Source: Candidatus Heimdallarchaeum endolithica (lineage in GTDB: Archaea; Asgardarchaeota; Heimdallarchaeia; Heimdallarchaeales; Heimdallarchaeaceae). From it: a stretch of 64,000 nucleotides of DNA. Position 1 is the stretch's first letter. The number at the start of each line of letters is the position of its first letter. Of this stretch, positions 9,581-19,852 are shown piece by piece. Below the pieces are notes generated by a model. That model did no database searches. It was not told the DNA's origin and worked only from the letters and a program-made list of their open reading frames with translations. The stretch is taken from contig CP084167.1 in the NCBI GenBank assembly GCA_021513715.1, positions 1,344,001 to 1,408,000 of the forward strand. Reading direction: 5' to 3'. A program made the position numbers and the translations under genes.

Positions 9581-10227
9581 TCTTCAACATCTAATAGAAA
9601 GACAGCAATAATATTAACAATCAGAACTATTTTTTGTGTTAAAGGCACTGAATAGTCTGGAATAGAGACCCCTACACGATCAAGGATAAATGTTAGTATA
9701 TGTAGAATCACTACTGCAAAGACAATAAAAACGAAAACTACATCAAAGCTTATATGTATCTTTCCTCTGTGCTTATCTTCTTTTCTCATTCTAAAGAATC
9801 TAAGAGCTTGACAATCAAAATCTAATCCCCCAAAACTTATTACAAAAGTAAAAGCCCCGATATAATGAAGGAAGTACAGACTAGAATGATCATAAGGGAT
9901 AGCTATTCCTGCTGCACCAATTGAGAGAATTAGTGTCCATGTAGCTTTTCTAAATCGATAAGTAAGCTCTTCTGTGACCAAGTAATCGATAAATATCGAG
10001 AATGAAATAACAGAAATAAGACTAAAACCTATAGTCATTATCAAAGAAGAGATACTATTTGAAATACCTGTTTCACTATTGATTCCTCCAAGATTGCTTA
10101 TTGCCTCGTTAAAGAAATCATAAGGTTCAGGATAGAAAAACCATGCTAAACCAATAGTAACAATAATTACTATGGCTATAGCCCAAATCAACCAACGAAC
10201 TATTTTTTGCTTATTCATAGAATTCAT
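9571..10227 (-). CDS. Multi-pass membrane protein (DUF998-like)
   Basis: About 6 TM helices, AISNLGG motif, LHYIGAF. The stop codon lies inside the inserted element. Confidence 0.7.
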   Translation of the reverse strand: MNSMNKQKIVRWLIWAIAIVIIVTIGLAWFFYPEPYDFFNEAISNLGGINSETGISNSISSLIMTIGFSLISVISFSIFIDYLVTEELTYRFRKATWTLILSIGAAGIAIPYDHSSLYFLHYIGAFTFVISFGGLDFDCQALRFFRMRKEDKHRGKIHISFDVVFVFIVFAVVILHILTFILDRVGVSIPDYSVPLTQKIVLIVNIIAVFLLDVEDMS

Positions 10228-10330
10228 AAGAAATTGTCACTTCAGAGTTTAAAATTTTATTGCATAAGTTTCAATCATTTCATTAATTCTGTGAATTAAA
10301 TTTATTAAGTACAAATTATTCTTTGAATTA

Positions 10331-11224
10331 ATGAAACAAACCTTTCAAAGGTATCCTGATTTAGAATCATATTTAGAAAGAACTGCACATGCAATCATTT
10401 CTCTTGTTGAAACTTATTCAGTGCTATCTTATGGTTGCTTAACTCTTGATGATTTTTCAAAAAAATATAGTACAATCGAGCTAATTACTATCCTTAAGAA
10501 AGGATTATGGGAGCAAGACTACGATAAAATTTCAGAAATTGTTGATTTTATACATTCAATAAATAAAGAATATGCAGAAAAAACTTTGATTTATTTTTTA
10601 CCTTTAGAAATGATAGAAAATCCGAGAGTGAAATTTGATAACTTGGAGGGTATGAAGATTCATGGAAATAAGGAAGAAATAATAACAACCTACCCTCTTT
10701 CTTCAGTAGAGGATTTCTTAGTTAGAGAAAAAGGAGAAACAATTGCAGGCGCAGAGATGAAAGAACTCTTCCCTTTACCGCCCACAGAATTTTTTTGGAA
10801 TGAATTTGTCGAAAATATTCCTTTGATAGAAAAATGGACAAAGGAGTATCCTTTTCAGCATGCTGCAAATCCAGATTATTTTAAAGCTGTAAACAGGTTG
10901 CTTTATTTTCCTAGGTTACTTTATTCAATAAAAGAAAAAGGAGTCATAGGGAAAACTAAAGTTGTATACTGGTTTTCTTCTGAATTTCATAACAATATAA
11001 GCGATTTTGTTGTTGAACTAGGTGTTAGCAGGAAAAAAGACTTACCTTTAGTAAATATTCTAGATGTTGAAGAAAAGAGTATGAAACTATTAGACTTTTG
11101 TATGAAAGAGATACTCACATCACATAAAGTCAAATATAACGGAATAAGCAATCTCATTATAAAAAAAGAAGATTCTTATGATTATTCTAGGTTTTTTATG
11201 GAAATCAGAAATTTGTTGATATAG
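10331..11224 (+). CDS. Nucleotidyltransferase-fold protein (aminoglycoside adenylyltransferase-like, degenerate)
   Basis: YGCLTLDDF...STIELI resembles YGS..LGDF...SDID. RLLYSIKEKGVIGK resembles DUF4111. Confidence 0.5.
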   Translation: MKQTFQRYPDLESYLERTAHAIISLVETYSVLSYGCLTLDDFSKKYSTIELITILKKGLWEQDYDKISEIVDFIHSINKEYAEKTLIYFLPLEMIENPRVKFDNLEGMKIHGNKEEIITTYPLSSVEDFLVREKGETIAGAEMKELFPLPPTEFFWNEFVENIPLIEKWTKEYPFQHAANPDYFKAVNRLLYFPRLLYSIKEKGVIGKTKVVYWFSSEFHNNISDFVVELGVSRKKDLPLVNILDVEEKSMKLLDFCMKEILTSHKVKYNGISNLIIKKEDSYDYSRFFMEIRNLLI

Positions 11225-11411
11225 AATAATCAAAAAATTTCCTAATTTGCATTATATCTAAAAATTAAGAAAACTATTCCTTAAAAAAAATAACCTCTTG
11301 AAATGAGAAAAAAACGGACTATTCTCCTTTAGAGAGGTTGTATACTCAAGATAATAGTAAAATTTATAAAAAAGATTCTTTTTTTTTAATTGATATAAGA
11401 AAGGAAATCCT

Positions 11412-12971
11412 ATGTTATCAAAAAATATTTTCTTGAAAAGAGAAATGTTTAACAAAAACTTGACCGATTTATTTAACTTTGCTGAAATTGGTTTATACAG
11501 AATAGCTATAAAGCCAAAAATCGAGATCTTATTTTGCAATGAAGTGATTAAGAATATTCTCGGAATTCATTATGAAAAAATTATAAATGACCCCTTAAAA
11601 ATCAAAGATTTTCTATCTAAATCTTCTATTCATAAAATTAAAAAAAGTTTAAAAACTAAAGCAGATTTTAATGAGATATTTTTAGAATGGGAGATAGACA
11701 AAGAAAAAATAATTTTGAGACATATCAATCATTTTGAATATACTGACTCAGGTGAAATTAAAGAAATTTTTGGCATGACACTAAATGAAACAGTTAATGT
11801 TCGATTATTAAATGAACTTGAAGATAATGAGAAAAGTTTGAAGATTCTAAACGAGCTTTCTTTAATCGAAAATAAAGCAAGAACAAAAGAGGAATATTTT
11901 CAATTTATGCTTGATTTATTAATAACTAAATTTAAATTTAATACAGGATGTGTGTATAAAAAATCTAATTATAACTCTGAATTTATTTTAGTTTATGAAT
12001 ATAATTCTACAAAATACTTTAACAACTTTTCATTTAGCAGTCATGATAAAAAGAGTAAAGGTTTAAACAAATTTTATTTTACAAATAAAATACAAAAAGA
12101 TAGTTTTAATGATACCAACAGAATTTTTAATATAACTAACTCTAAATTCAAGTTTTTTGTTTCTATCCCTATTATCTTTTCAAATTATCAATATGGTTTA
12201 GTTCTTTTAGTTGCAAATAGAAGAAATGTTTTATTCAAGCCAACATCAAAAGTAGAATTTTTGAAGAAAATTCAATACTGCATTTCTTCTGCAATTATGC
12301 GATATATCCTTTCAGAGAATTTAATTTTACTAAATAGAAAAACAGCTGATATTAACAAAGAATTAGTAGAATTTAATGAAACTGTTAGTCATGATATAAA
12401 AAATGGTCTATCATCTATAATTGGTTTTCTTGAGCTCTATGAATTGAAAAAGAATAGAGAGTTTTTAGACAAAGTTTATTCAAAAATTGAGTATTTAACT
12501 AAAATACTTGAGAAAAATCTTGAATTAGCAAAAGCTGGTTACTCTGCTAAATTAAGAAAAGTTAAAAATTTTGAAGAGGTTATCAAAGAAGTTGCTGAAA
12601 CCACCATTCCACATGGAATTGAGTATATTCAAGAAAATTTCACTATTGATCTCTTTTGTGATGAAGAAAAAATCAGACAAGTATTCACAAACATCTTTAA
12701 TAACGCAGTTAAACATGGGAATCCAACAAAAATAATAGTTGAATTTATTGAAAGAAAAACAGAAGTATTGTTTATTGTCTCAAATAACGGAAAATCCATC
12801 CCTGAAGAGAATATGAGATTAATTTTCGATCATGGTTTTTCTACAAATGGTGATAGCACAGGTCTTGGTTTATCCATAGTAAAGAAGATTTTAGAAACAC
12901 ATAGTGGGACAATTACTGTTGAGTCTTCTCCAGAGAGGACTTCTTTCATCATTTGTTTACCCAAACAATAG
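11412..12971 (+). CDS. Sensor histidine kinase
   Basis: H-box SHDIKN, N-box NIFNNAVKH, G-boxes GFST and TGLGLSIVK, with an upstream GAF-like region. Confidence 0.92.
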   Translation: MLSKNIFLKREMFNKNLTDLFNFAEIGLYRIAIKPKIEILFCNEVIKNILGIHYEKIINDPLKIKDFLSKSSIHKIKKSLKTKADFNEIFLEWEIDKEKIILRHINHFEYTDSGEIKEIFGMTLNETVNVRLLNELEDNEKSLKILNELSLIENKARTKEEYFQFMLDLLITKFKFNTGCVYKKSNYNSEFILVYEYNSTKYFNNFSFSSHDKKSKGLNKFYFTNKIQKDSFNDTNRIFNITNSKFKFFVSIPIIFSNYQYGLVLLVANRRNVLFKPTSKVEFLKKIQYCISSAIMRYILSENLILLNRKTADINKELVEFNETVSHDIKNGLSSIIGFLELYELKKNREFLDKVYSKIEYLTKILEKNLELAKAGYSAKLRKVKNFEEVIKEVAETTIPHGIEYIQENFTIDLFCDEEKIRQVFTNIFNNAVKHGNPTKIIVEFIERKTEVLFIVSNNGKSIPEENMRLIFDHGFSTNGDSTGLGLSIVKKILETHSGTITVESSPERTSFIICLPKQ

Positions 12972-13090
12972 ATTGGTTTTTCAAACTATGAGAGACTTTT
13001 ATTCATCCTTAGAATTTTATATCACCATTTATTAACATAAGTTTAAAAAGTACGAAGTAAAGAATGTAATAGAAAAAATATGAGGTAATA

Positions 13091-14083
13091 ATGATGCCAG
13101 AAGTTATAGATTGGTTAACTGGAAAGGGAGATGAAGTCATCTTTAGACACCCTCGGACAGAAATAAATTGGGGAGATACTGTTAATGTTCTTCCTAATCA
13201 ATTAGCGATTTTTATTAAAGATGCTAAAGTTTACGATGTTTTAGAACCAGGAAGACACTTGATGAAAACTCAAAATATTCCACTTTTAACAAGAGCCCTT
13301 TCTGCTATTGTAGGATACGATAAGAATCCATTCCATTGCAGCGTAATTTTTGTTAATATGAGCCAGTTCCAAGGAAAATTTGGAGGAAGAAGTCAAACTA
13401 AAGAGCTTGCTCCACTACAATTCTTTGGAGACTATTTCTGGAAAATTAAAGATCCAAATCTCTTTGCTTTTGAGATTGCAGGAAATAGAAATATTTTCAC
13501 TACTGCTTCTTTTAATGAATTTTTCAGAAATTTCTTTGTACAAGAGATTATGTCAGTATTGGCAGAAAAAAGTATAGTAGACATTCTTCAAGATCTTGAG
13601 TTAACAAGCAATGCAGTTGAAGATGCTGTTGCTCCTGAACTTGAAAAACTAGGAATAGAGTTGCTCAACTTAAAATTTGGTGGAATTGATACAACACCAG
13701 AATACAGAGACAGATTGTTCTGGATGAGAGCAGGTGTTGCACCAGAAAAAATACAACAATACTCTGGGATGGCTAAAGTTGCTGAAAAGTTACCAGAAGG
13801 TGGAGGAGGAGGACTTGCAGGAGCAGTTGTAATGAACAATCTTTTCAGCCAAAATCAAGTCCAAAAAGCGGAAGAAATTAAATCTAGTGGAAATGTGGAA
13901 GAAGCATTTTTAACTTGTAATCAATGTGGAGCAACGTTTTCACCTTCAGCGAAATTCTGTCCTCAATGTGGAGATCCTACAGATGATGAGAAAAAAGGCA
14001 AAGTAAAATTTTGTCCTAACTGCGGTGCTCAAGCTAGTCCAACTGCGAAATTCTGTGGTTCATGTGGTTTCAAACTCAAGTAA
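13091..14083 (+). CDS. SPFH domain protein with double Zn-ribbon (YdjI-like)
   Basis: NQLAIFIKD..V.DVLEPGRH...NIP SPFH signature and C-terminal KFCPQCG / KFCPNCG ribbons. Confidence 0.9.
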   Translation: MMPEVIDWLTGKGDEVIFRHPRTEINWGDTVNVLPNQLAIFIKDAKVYDVLEPGRHLMKTQNIPLLTRALSAIVGYDKNPFHCSVIFVNMSQFQGKFGGRSQTKELAPLQFFGDYFWKIKDPNLFAFEIAGNRNIFTTASFNEFFRNFFVQEIMSVLAEKSIVDILQDLELTSNAVEDAVAPELEKLGIELLNLKFGGIDTTPEYRDRLFWMRAGVAPEKIQQYSGMAKVAEKLPEGGGGGLAGAVVMNNLFSQNQVQKAEEIKSSGNVEEAFLTCNQCGATFSPSAKFCPQCGDPTDDEKKGKVKFCPNCGAQASPTAKFCGSCGFKLK

Positions 14084-14122
14084 CCAAATAATTATAATTT
14101 ACTTTTCTTATCTTTTTTAGAC

Positions 14123-15137
14123 TGTATACTCCACTCACATTGGTAACAAATAAATAGAAGTGGGTTACGTGGGTAAGTGATTAAATATGAATAAGACCGA
14201 ACGTAACCTGGAGAAACTAAGAAAAATTGTAGTTAAAAAAGCTTTGGATGGAGAGAAGATAAAAGAGATAGCTCACAAGTATATGGTGAGTAGGAAGTTT
14301 GTGTATAAGTGGTTGAAGAGGTTCAGAGAGAACCCTGAAGGAGAATGGTGGAAAGATAGATCCTCCAGACCAAAAACTATACACAGGAAAGTGGATGAGG
14401 AGTTAAAAGAGAGGATAAGGGAGTTAAGAATAAAACAAGGAATGAATGTGGAGAAGATAGCTTATTTGTTGAAGAGAGAAGGAAAAGCACTCTCTCAGAC
14501 GACAGTGACGAAAGTAATAAAAGAGTTAGGTCTTCCTTTATGGGTCAATAGAAAAAAGAGGAAGAGACCTCGATACAAGAGTTTTGAACGTCAAAAACCT
14601 AACGAACTCTGGCAAATAGATGTGAAAGGACCATTCTGGGTAGAAGAACAGGGACAACATCTCCATCTCATAACCTTGATAGACGACCACTCACGATTCT
14701 GTCTGGGAGCTAAATTCCACCCTTTTGCACCAAAAAAAGAGCAGATAATAAATCTACTAGAGGAAGCAATAAAAGAGTACGGTTACCCCGAGTCTATCCT
14801 CACGGACAATGGAGCACTCTTCTCTTCCGTTAGAGGAGGAACAAGTACCTTCTCCCGTTGGTGTCAAACAGAAGGAATAAAACACATCAGAGCTAGAGTT
14901 TTTCACCCCGAAACATGTGGAAAAGTAGAAAGACTACATGGGACCCAACAATCATCCGTGAGATGGAAAGATTAGGTCTAAAATACTGCAACGCAGATCT
15001 CTCCTACTACCGCTCTTACTACAATTTTAGTCGTCCTCACCAATCTCTTAACTTCCTCACCCCAGGAGAAAGATTTATGAATCACCCCTATGTTTCTCTA
15101 GTACCCAAAAGTGTAACCCAAGTCTATTGAGTAAACA
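14123..15137 (+). mobile_element. IS481-family insertion sequence
   Basis: TGT...ACA ends with imperfect 26-bp inverted repeats. Flanked by the 16-bp direct repeat CTTATCTTTTTTAGAC (14107-14122 and 15138-15153). Confidence 0.92.
14187..15130 (+). pseudogene. IS481 transposase, frameshifted near 14945
   Basis: HTH plus rve core (WQID, IDDHSR, TDNG, GKVERLHGT). The C-terminus (YNFSRPHQSL..LTP) continues in another frame. Confidence 0.88.
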
Positions 15138-15233
15138 CTTATCTTTTTTAGACAAAAAAATTTTTCTTCATTACAAGTAAATAGTTTGAAAATTTATTTC
15201 TAAAAAAAAAGATGACAAAAAAATGTGGGAAAA

Positions 15234-17045
15234 TTATAAAGTAAAAGTGAAGTCTTCCCAACCATCTAATTCTTCTATATAGAACGAAAAAGTGAACGTT
15301 TTTCCAACTACTTTATCATTCTCCTCAAACAGTATATTCAATTTAATTGATTGGCCGCTAGTTATAACTACACCTAAACCATCTCTAACAGGATGTTCTA
15401 CGTCTTCATCATATGGAGAGCTTGAACCATCCAACCATGTAACATCAGTACTATCAGTAATTTCATATACATCTGTTATTTGGGTGTCAGGGCTCCATGA
15501 AAACTTTATTTTTGTTACTGTTACATCTGTTAAGAGCATATTTTCCATGTAGAACCATACTTCTCCTCTTGAATAGAATAGGCCCAAAATTCTTTCACCA
15601 TCTTTACCTCCTTCTCCAGAGAATGTAAATACAACATTCTCTATTGAGATAAAGATTTCATCATAGTTGGAATTACCTGGGTTTCCAGTATCATCATATA
15701 CTATCACTGTCATTGAATAGTTACCATCAGCAAGTTGATAAGTATTAAATTCTAGTGTCCATTTCTTTGTGTTAGTGTTATAAGTAGCGTCAATATCTCC
15801 ATCAACTAGTTCAAATGAGAAAGTATAACCTGTAAAATTCATAAATACTATATCAAAGTAATTCTCGTTTATCCCTGATGGGTCTGATGCATATACTTCA
15901 ATTGTTATAGTAGCAGATAAATCCCAAGATTCATTTGCTGGAGTAATTATATTGACTGTTGGTCCATTATTGTCCTCTAGATTAAACGATCTTCCAGCAA
16001 TATTTACATTACCTGCTTCATCCACAACACGTAAGGTGAAAGTATATTGATCTTCTGGGAGATTAGATGTTTCTGTTCCTGACATAATATATTCTCTTGT
16101 GGTTTTTGTTATTCCTTCGATTGTTGTACCAGCAGAAGGATAGATATCTCCTTCTATAATTAGTTCTTGTAGATATAACCCTGCTCCATCAATGGTAAGA
16201 ACCCAAGACACGTTTACTGCTTGCCCCTGATTTACTGTGATAATACCTGATGTTGTATCATTCAGATATAGAGTTATCCCTATTGCATTATTATCTATTC
16301 CAAATAAATAGGTCTGCTCTATTGACTGATTGAGTGTATCATTTGTCTTAAACACTAATTTATAGTCATTGTCATCTGGATATAGACTAGTATTGATGTT
16401 TTGAGTTATATCTTGGTCTAGAGCAATTGCTGTATCATCAGGATAATAGAAGTCATAAGTTACTGCAGAAGCTTTAAATCCTCCCGTAGATACTGCTTGA
16501 GGATCAAGTATTCCACTTGTCCAACTATTATTTACTGGATTTATAACTGTTAAACTTAATGGTTCAATAGTATTAACATACTTCAAGTTATCTTCAGCAA
16601 GTACAAAAGAACCATCAATTAATGTTACTCTTATGCGGAAAGTATTGTCTCCCAATCTTATTAAAGGAACAGGGTTGAACGATACTGCTATATCAATTCG
16701 CTCTGAGACATCTACTTCTAAGGGATAAACTGCTCCAACAAGAGACGAACTATTTACATAAGCGTTACTATATTCAATATTTTGTATTGTAATATTTATT
16801 TTAGATATGACTGCCTGAGCAGTTCCTGTATTTTGCAATGTGATGTAAGTTATATCTACTGCGTCATCTGAGTTAGTATCAAACCATTGGGCAGTGATTA
16901 TAGAAATAGACGCGCTTCCTTGTATCATTGGGACAACTAAGAAATAGACCAGTGAACCAGCTACAACTACTAAACTAATAAGCAAAATTGTTGCAATGAC
17001 AGGAGAAACAGCTTTTCTTCTTTTTAATAATTTTATAAGCTTCAA
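15234..17045 (-). CDS. Large type IV pilin/archaellin-signal protein with Ig-like domains
   Basis: Class III signal RRKA^VSPVIATILLI, then beta-rich Ig-like repeats (DEAGN, YDDTGN). Confidence 0.85.
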   Translation of the reverse strand: MKLIKLLKRRKAVSPVIATILLISLVVVAGSLVYFLVVPMIQGSASISIITAQWFDTNSDDAVDITYITLQNTGTAQAVISKINITIQNIEYSNAYVNSSSLVGAVYPLEVDVSERIDIAVSFNPVPLIRLGDNTFRIRVTLIDGSFVLAEDNLKYVNTIEPLSLTVINPVNNSWTSGILDPQAVSTGGFKASAVTYDFYYPDDTAIALDQDITQNINTSLYPDDNDYKLVFKTNDTLNQSIEQTYLFGIDNNAIGITLYLNDTTSGIITVNQGQAVNVSWVLTIDGAGLYLQELIIEGDIYPSAGTTIEGITKTTREYIMSGTETSNLPEDQYTFTLRVVDEAGNVNIAGRSFNLEDNNGPTVNIITPANESWDLSATITIEVYASDPSGINENYFDIVFMNFTGYTFSFELVDGDIDATYNTNTKKWTLEFNTYQLADGNYSMTVIVYDDTGNPGNSNYDEIFISIENVVFTFSGEGGKDGERILGLFYSRGEVWFYMENMLLTDVTVTKIKFSWSPDTQITDVYEITDSTDVTWLDGSSSPYDEDVEHPVRDGLGVVITSGQSIKLNILFEENDKVVGKTFTFSFYIEELDGWEDFTFTL

Positions 17046-17186
17046 TTTTATTTACCTCTTTCAATACTATATTTTTCTCTACCTATATGATTTATTTTAC
17101 TCTATATATATTTTAGCCTAAATTAGAGATTCTAAATATTAGTTTATTATTAATCCTTATAAGTAGTATTTTCGTGCTAGTACATA

Positions 17187-17951
17187 ATGAAAAATGAAAA
17201 CTTTTTTCCCACAATTCAATCAGCAATCGATTATGATAATTTTATTAATTGGAATAAAAGGTTAGAAAGAGAAATTCCCTTCCTTTTGAGGTTTTTAGAA
17301 AATGGGACTATATTAGATATCGCTTGTGGTTCTGGAAGACACGCTATAGTTCTTTCAGAAAAAGGATTTAAAGTTGTAGGGATTGATTACTCTGAAAATA
17401 TTATCAAAATTGCCAATGATATTTCAAAAAATGTAAATAATGTTGAGTTTTTTGTTGTTGACGCCACAAGTTCAAAATTAAAGGATTTTTTCTTAAGTAA
17501 AGGAAATAAATCCTTTGATAATACCATAATTTTAGGAAATTCTATTGCAAATATGGGGAGTTTAGAAAAAGCAAAAAAAGTTATTGAAAACATTTATAGT
17601 ATTTTAAAAGAAGGAGGTAAATTTATCACACAAACGATAAATAGACCAATAGAACCTTACTTTTTACCTTTAAGGAAACTTAAAAGAGGTATAATGCAAA
17701 GAATAATGTTTCCAATTTCAAATTTTCAAGAAGAATATAATGTTGAGTTACATTTCAAGTTAATTGATACATACAATCTTTCTTATTTAGAAACAAAGAT
17801 AGATAGACTTTACATGTTTTCTGCTAAAGAATTCGAAAAATTAGTGGAAAGTGTAGGTTTCAAAGTTATCAAAAAATTCAGTGGATTTAACTATGAGCCT
17901 TTCTCTTCTGAGGAAACAAAAACTGTTGTTTGGATTTTTGAGAAGAACTAA
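17187..17951 (+). CDS. Class I SAM-dependent methyltransferase
   Basis: ILDIACGSGRH, GIDYS and LKEGG. Confidence 0.92.
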   Translation: MKNENFFPTIQSAIDYDNFINWNKRLEREIPFLLRFLENGTILDIACGSGRHAIVLSEKGFKVVGIDYSENIIKIANDISKNVNNVEFFVVDATSSKLKDFFLSKGNKSFDNTIILGNSIANMGSLEKAKKVIENIYSILKEGGKFITQTINRPIEPYFLPLRKLKRGIMQRIMFPISNFQEEYNVELHFKLIDTYNLSYLETKIDRLYMFSAKEFEKLVESVGFKVIKKFSGFNYEPFSSEETKTVVWIFEKN

Positions 17952-18008
17952 TTAATAGTCAAATCAATTAACTTAAAAGAGCATTGAAATTTATTCAATT
18001 GAAAAAAA

Positions 18009-18659
18009 ATGACTCAAGAAAAAAAAGTTTCTGTAAAGAAAAAAGCGTATGTTTTAAACGATGAACTTGCAGATAAAATTCGTCAAGAGATGAAAGCTAA
18101 AAATAAACGCTTTTTCAATGTAATGGGTTCTATTGGAGCAGGAAAAACTGCTATTCTTGAACAAATAGCTGAAAAGTTATCTAAAAAATATAAAGTATTT
18201 GTTATTAACGGAGATGTAGCAACCACAATTGATGCAGATAGAATCGCAGAGCATGGTGCAAAAACAGTTCAAATTAATACTGGAGGAGGTTGTCATCTCA
18301 ACGCTCAACTTATTCAAAATGAACTTTCTAAGATTAATATTGACGATTACGACATTTTCTTTGCAGAGAATGTAGGCAACTTAATCTGTCCAGCTAATTG
18401 GGATGTTGGTGCAGAACTAAACATAGTAGTAGTAAGCATTACAGAGGGACAATATGTTGTTAAAAAGCACCCTATTATGTTTAAAGGAGCTGATATTGCT
18501 CTTATAAATAAATGTGACCTTAACATACCTGGCTTTGATGCTGATACTCTTGTAAAAGACTGTTCTATGATTAAATCTGATATGAAGGTACTTAAAACAA
18601 GCGCTGTGACTGGAGAAGGAATAGAAGAGTTAATTGCCACTTTAGGTATAGAATTATAA
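18009..18659 (+). CDS. hypB: Hydrogenase nickel incorporation GTPase HypB
   Basis: GSIGAGKT, INTGGGCHL, ENVGNLICP and NKCD. Confidence 0.95.
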   Translation: MTQEKKVSVKKKAYVLNDELADKIRQEMKAKNKRFFNVMGSIGAGKTAILEQIAEKLSKKYKVFVINGDVATTIDADRIAEHGAKTVQINTGGGCHLNAQLIQNELSKINIDDYDIFFAENVGNLICPANWDVGAELNIVVVSITEGQYVVKKHPIMFKGADIALINKCDLNIPGFDADTLVKDCSMIKSDMKVLKTSAVTGEGIEELIATLGIEL

Positions 18660-18672
18660 AGGGATAATATAA

Positions 18673-19089
18673 ATGCATGAATATAGCTTAGCATCTGCAA
18701 TAGTTGAACAAGTTGAAAAAATAGCTTTAGAACACAAAGCTGTAAAAGTCAAGAAAATAATAGTTTCTGCAAGTCCTTATGAACTTATTATTCCTGAGCT
18801 TTTGTATGGTGCATATGAAATCATTGTTTCAGAAAATGAAATGTTTAAAGGTTCAACTTTAGAATATATAGTACAAAAAGCTGAAATTACTTGTTTAGAC
18901 TGTGGTTATCAAGGAGAACCTGATGAAGAAGGAGATCCTGAATTTGCATATAATTTCAAGTGTCCTAAATGCGGAGGAAGAGATACACACATTAACATGA
19001 AGAGTATGGTCATTGAATCAATTGATCTTGAAATCCCTTCAGAAACAGAAGAACAAGAGAAGAAAAAAGAAGAGAATATTGTTAATTAA
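18673..19089 (+). CDS. hypA: Hydrogenase nickel chaperone HypA
   Basis: MHEYSLA start with two CxxC motifs. Confidence 0.95.
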   Translation: MHEYSLASAIVEQVEKIALEHKAVKVKKIIVSASPYELIIPELLYGAYEIIVSENEMFKGSTLEYIVQKAEITCLDCGYQGEPDEEGDPEFAYNFKCPKCGGRDTHINMKSMVIESIDLEIPSETEEQEKKKEENIVN

Positions 19090-19852
19090 AATAGATAAAA
19101 CGTAGAACAGCTCTAGCTGAAGTTGTTATTTCCTCTTTAAGATCAATTTTTTCTTTTTTAATAAAATAGTCTAAAGAATTGATTGCTTTTTTGTGAACTT
19201 TATAAGGAACACTCCAAAATCTAGAAAGAACTTGATCTTTTATTATTGTGTAGATTTTCTCCAACCTTAATTTAGCACTAATTTCTTTGTTTTTTATTAG
19301 TTGTGCGCCCCATTTTTCTAGTTTTTCTTCTATTTTATCGATAGAATTGCATGATATAAAACAATTATTTTTTTCTAGTTCATTTATATAATAGGCAACA
19401 ATAACGTTATCATACAAACTTGTGTATAAATCTCCAATACAAACATGCTTTGAAACTGCTTTTAACTGTGTATAAAACTTCGTGATTGGCTTAACAAACT
19501 GTATAGTATGTATCATCGAGACCAAGTCAAAAGAATGGATGAAAGGTATTTCTAAAGCATTAGCCACACAAGTGTAAACAGTTCTATTTCTTTCTTTAGC
19601 AACTTTCAACATTTCTTTATTTATATCAATCCCGTACAATTCTACATTTTTTGACCAAAGAGAAAGTTCTGCTCTTCCTGTTCCTATTCCAATACTTAAT
19701 AGAGAATATCTTTTCTTTTCTCCACAATTAGTTTTCAAATAATTAGTGACTTCATTTCTAAAAAAAAGTAAAAGTTCTACTGGTACAGGACGAGTTTCGT
19801 CATATACAGACGCTATTTGATTAAATTTATGTGAATTCATTTCTTTTCCCAA
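19082..19852 (-). CDS. Class I SAM-dependent methyltransferase
   Basis: F...A..YD..RP, IGIGTGR and GIDIN..ML. Confidence 0.8.
   Translation of the reverse strand: MGKEMNSHKFNQIASVYDETRPVPVELLLFFRNEVTNYLKTNCGEKKRYSLLSIGIGTGRAELSLWSKNVELYGIDINKEMLKVAKERNRTVYTCVANALEIPFIHSFDLVSMIHTIQFVKPITKFYTQLKAVSKHVCIGDLYTSLYDNVIVAYYINELEKNNCFISCNSIDKIEEKLEKWGAQLIKNKEISAKLRLEKIYTIIKDQVLSRFWSVPYKVHKKAINSLDYFIKKEKIDLKEEITTSARAVLRFIYFN

Noticed and set aside
14915-14975. Programmed frameshift in the IS481 transposase
   Set aside because: No slippery run at the site, and the break falls inside the catalytic core. An indel is more likely.
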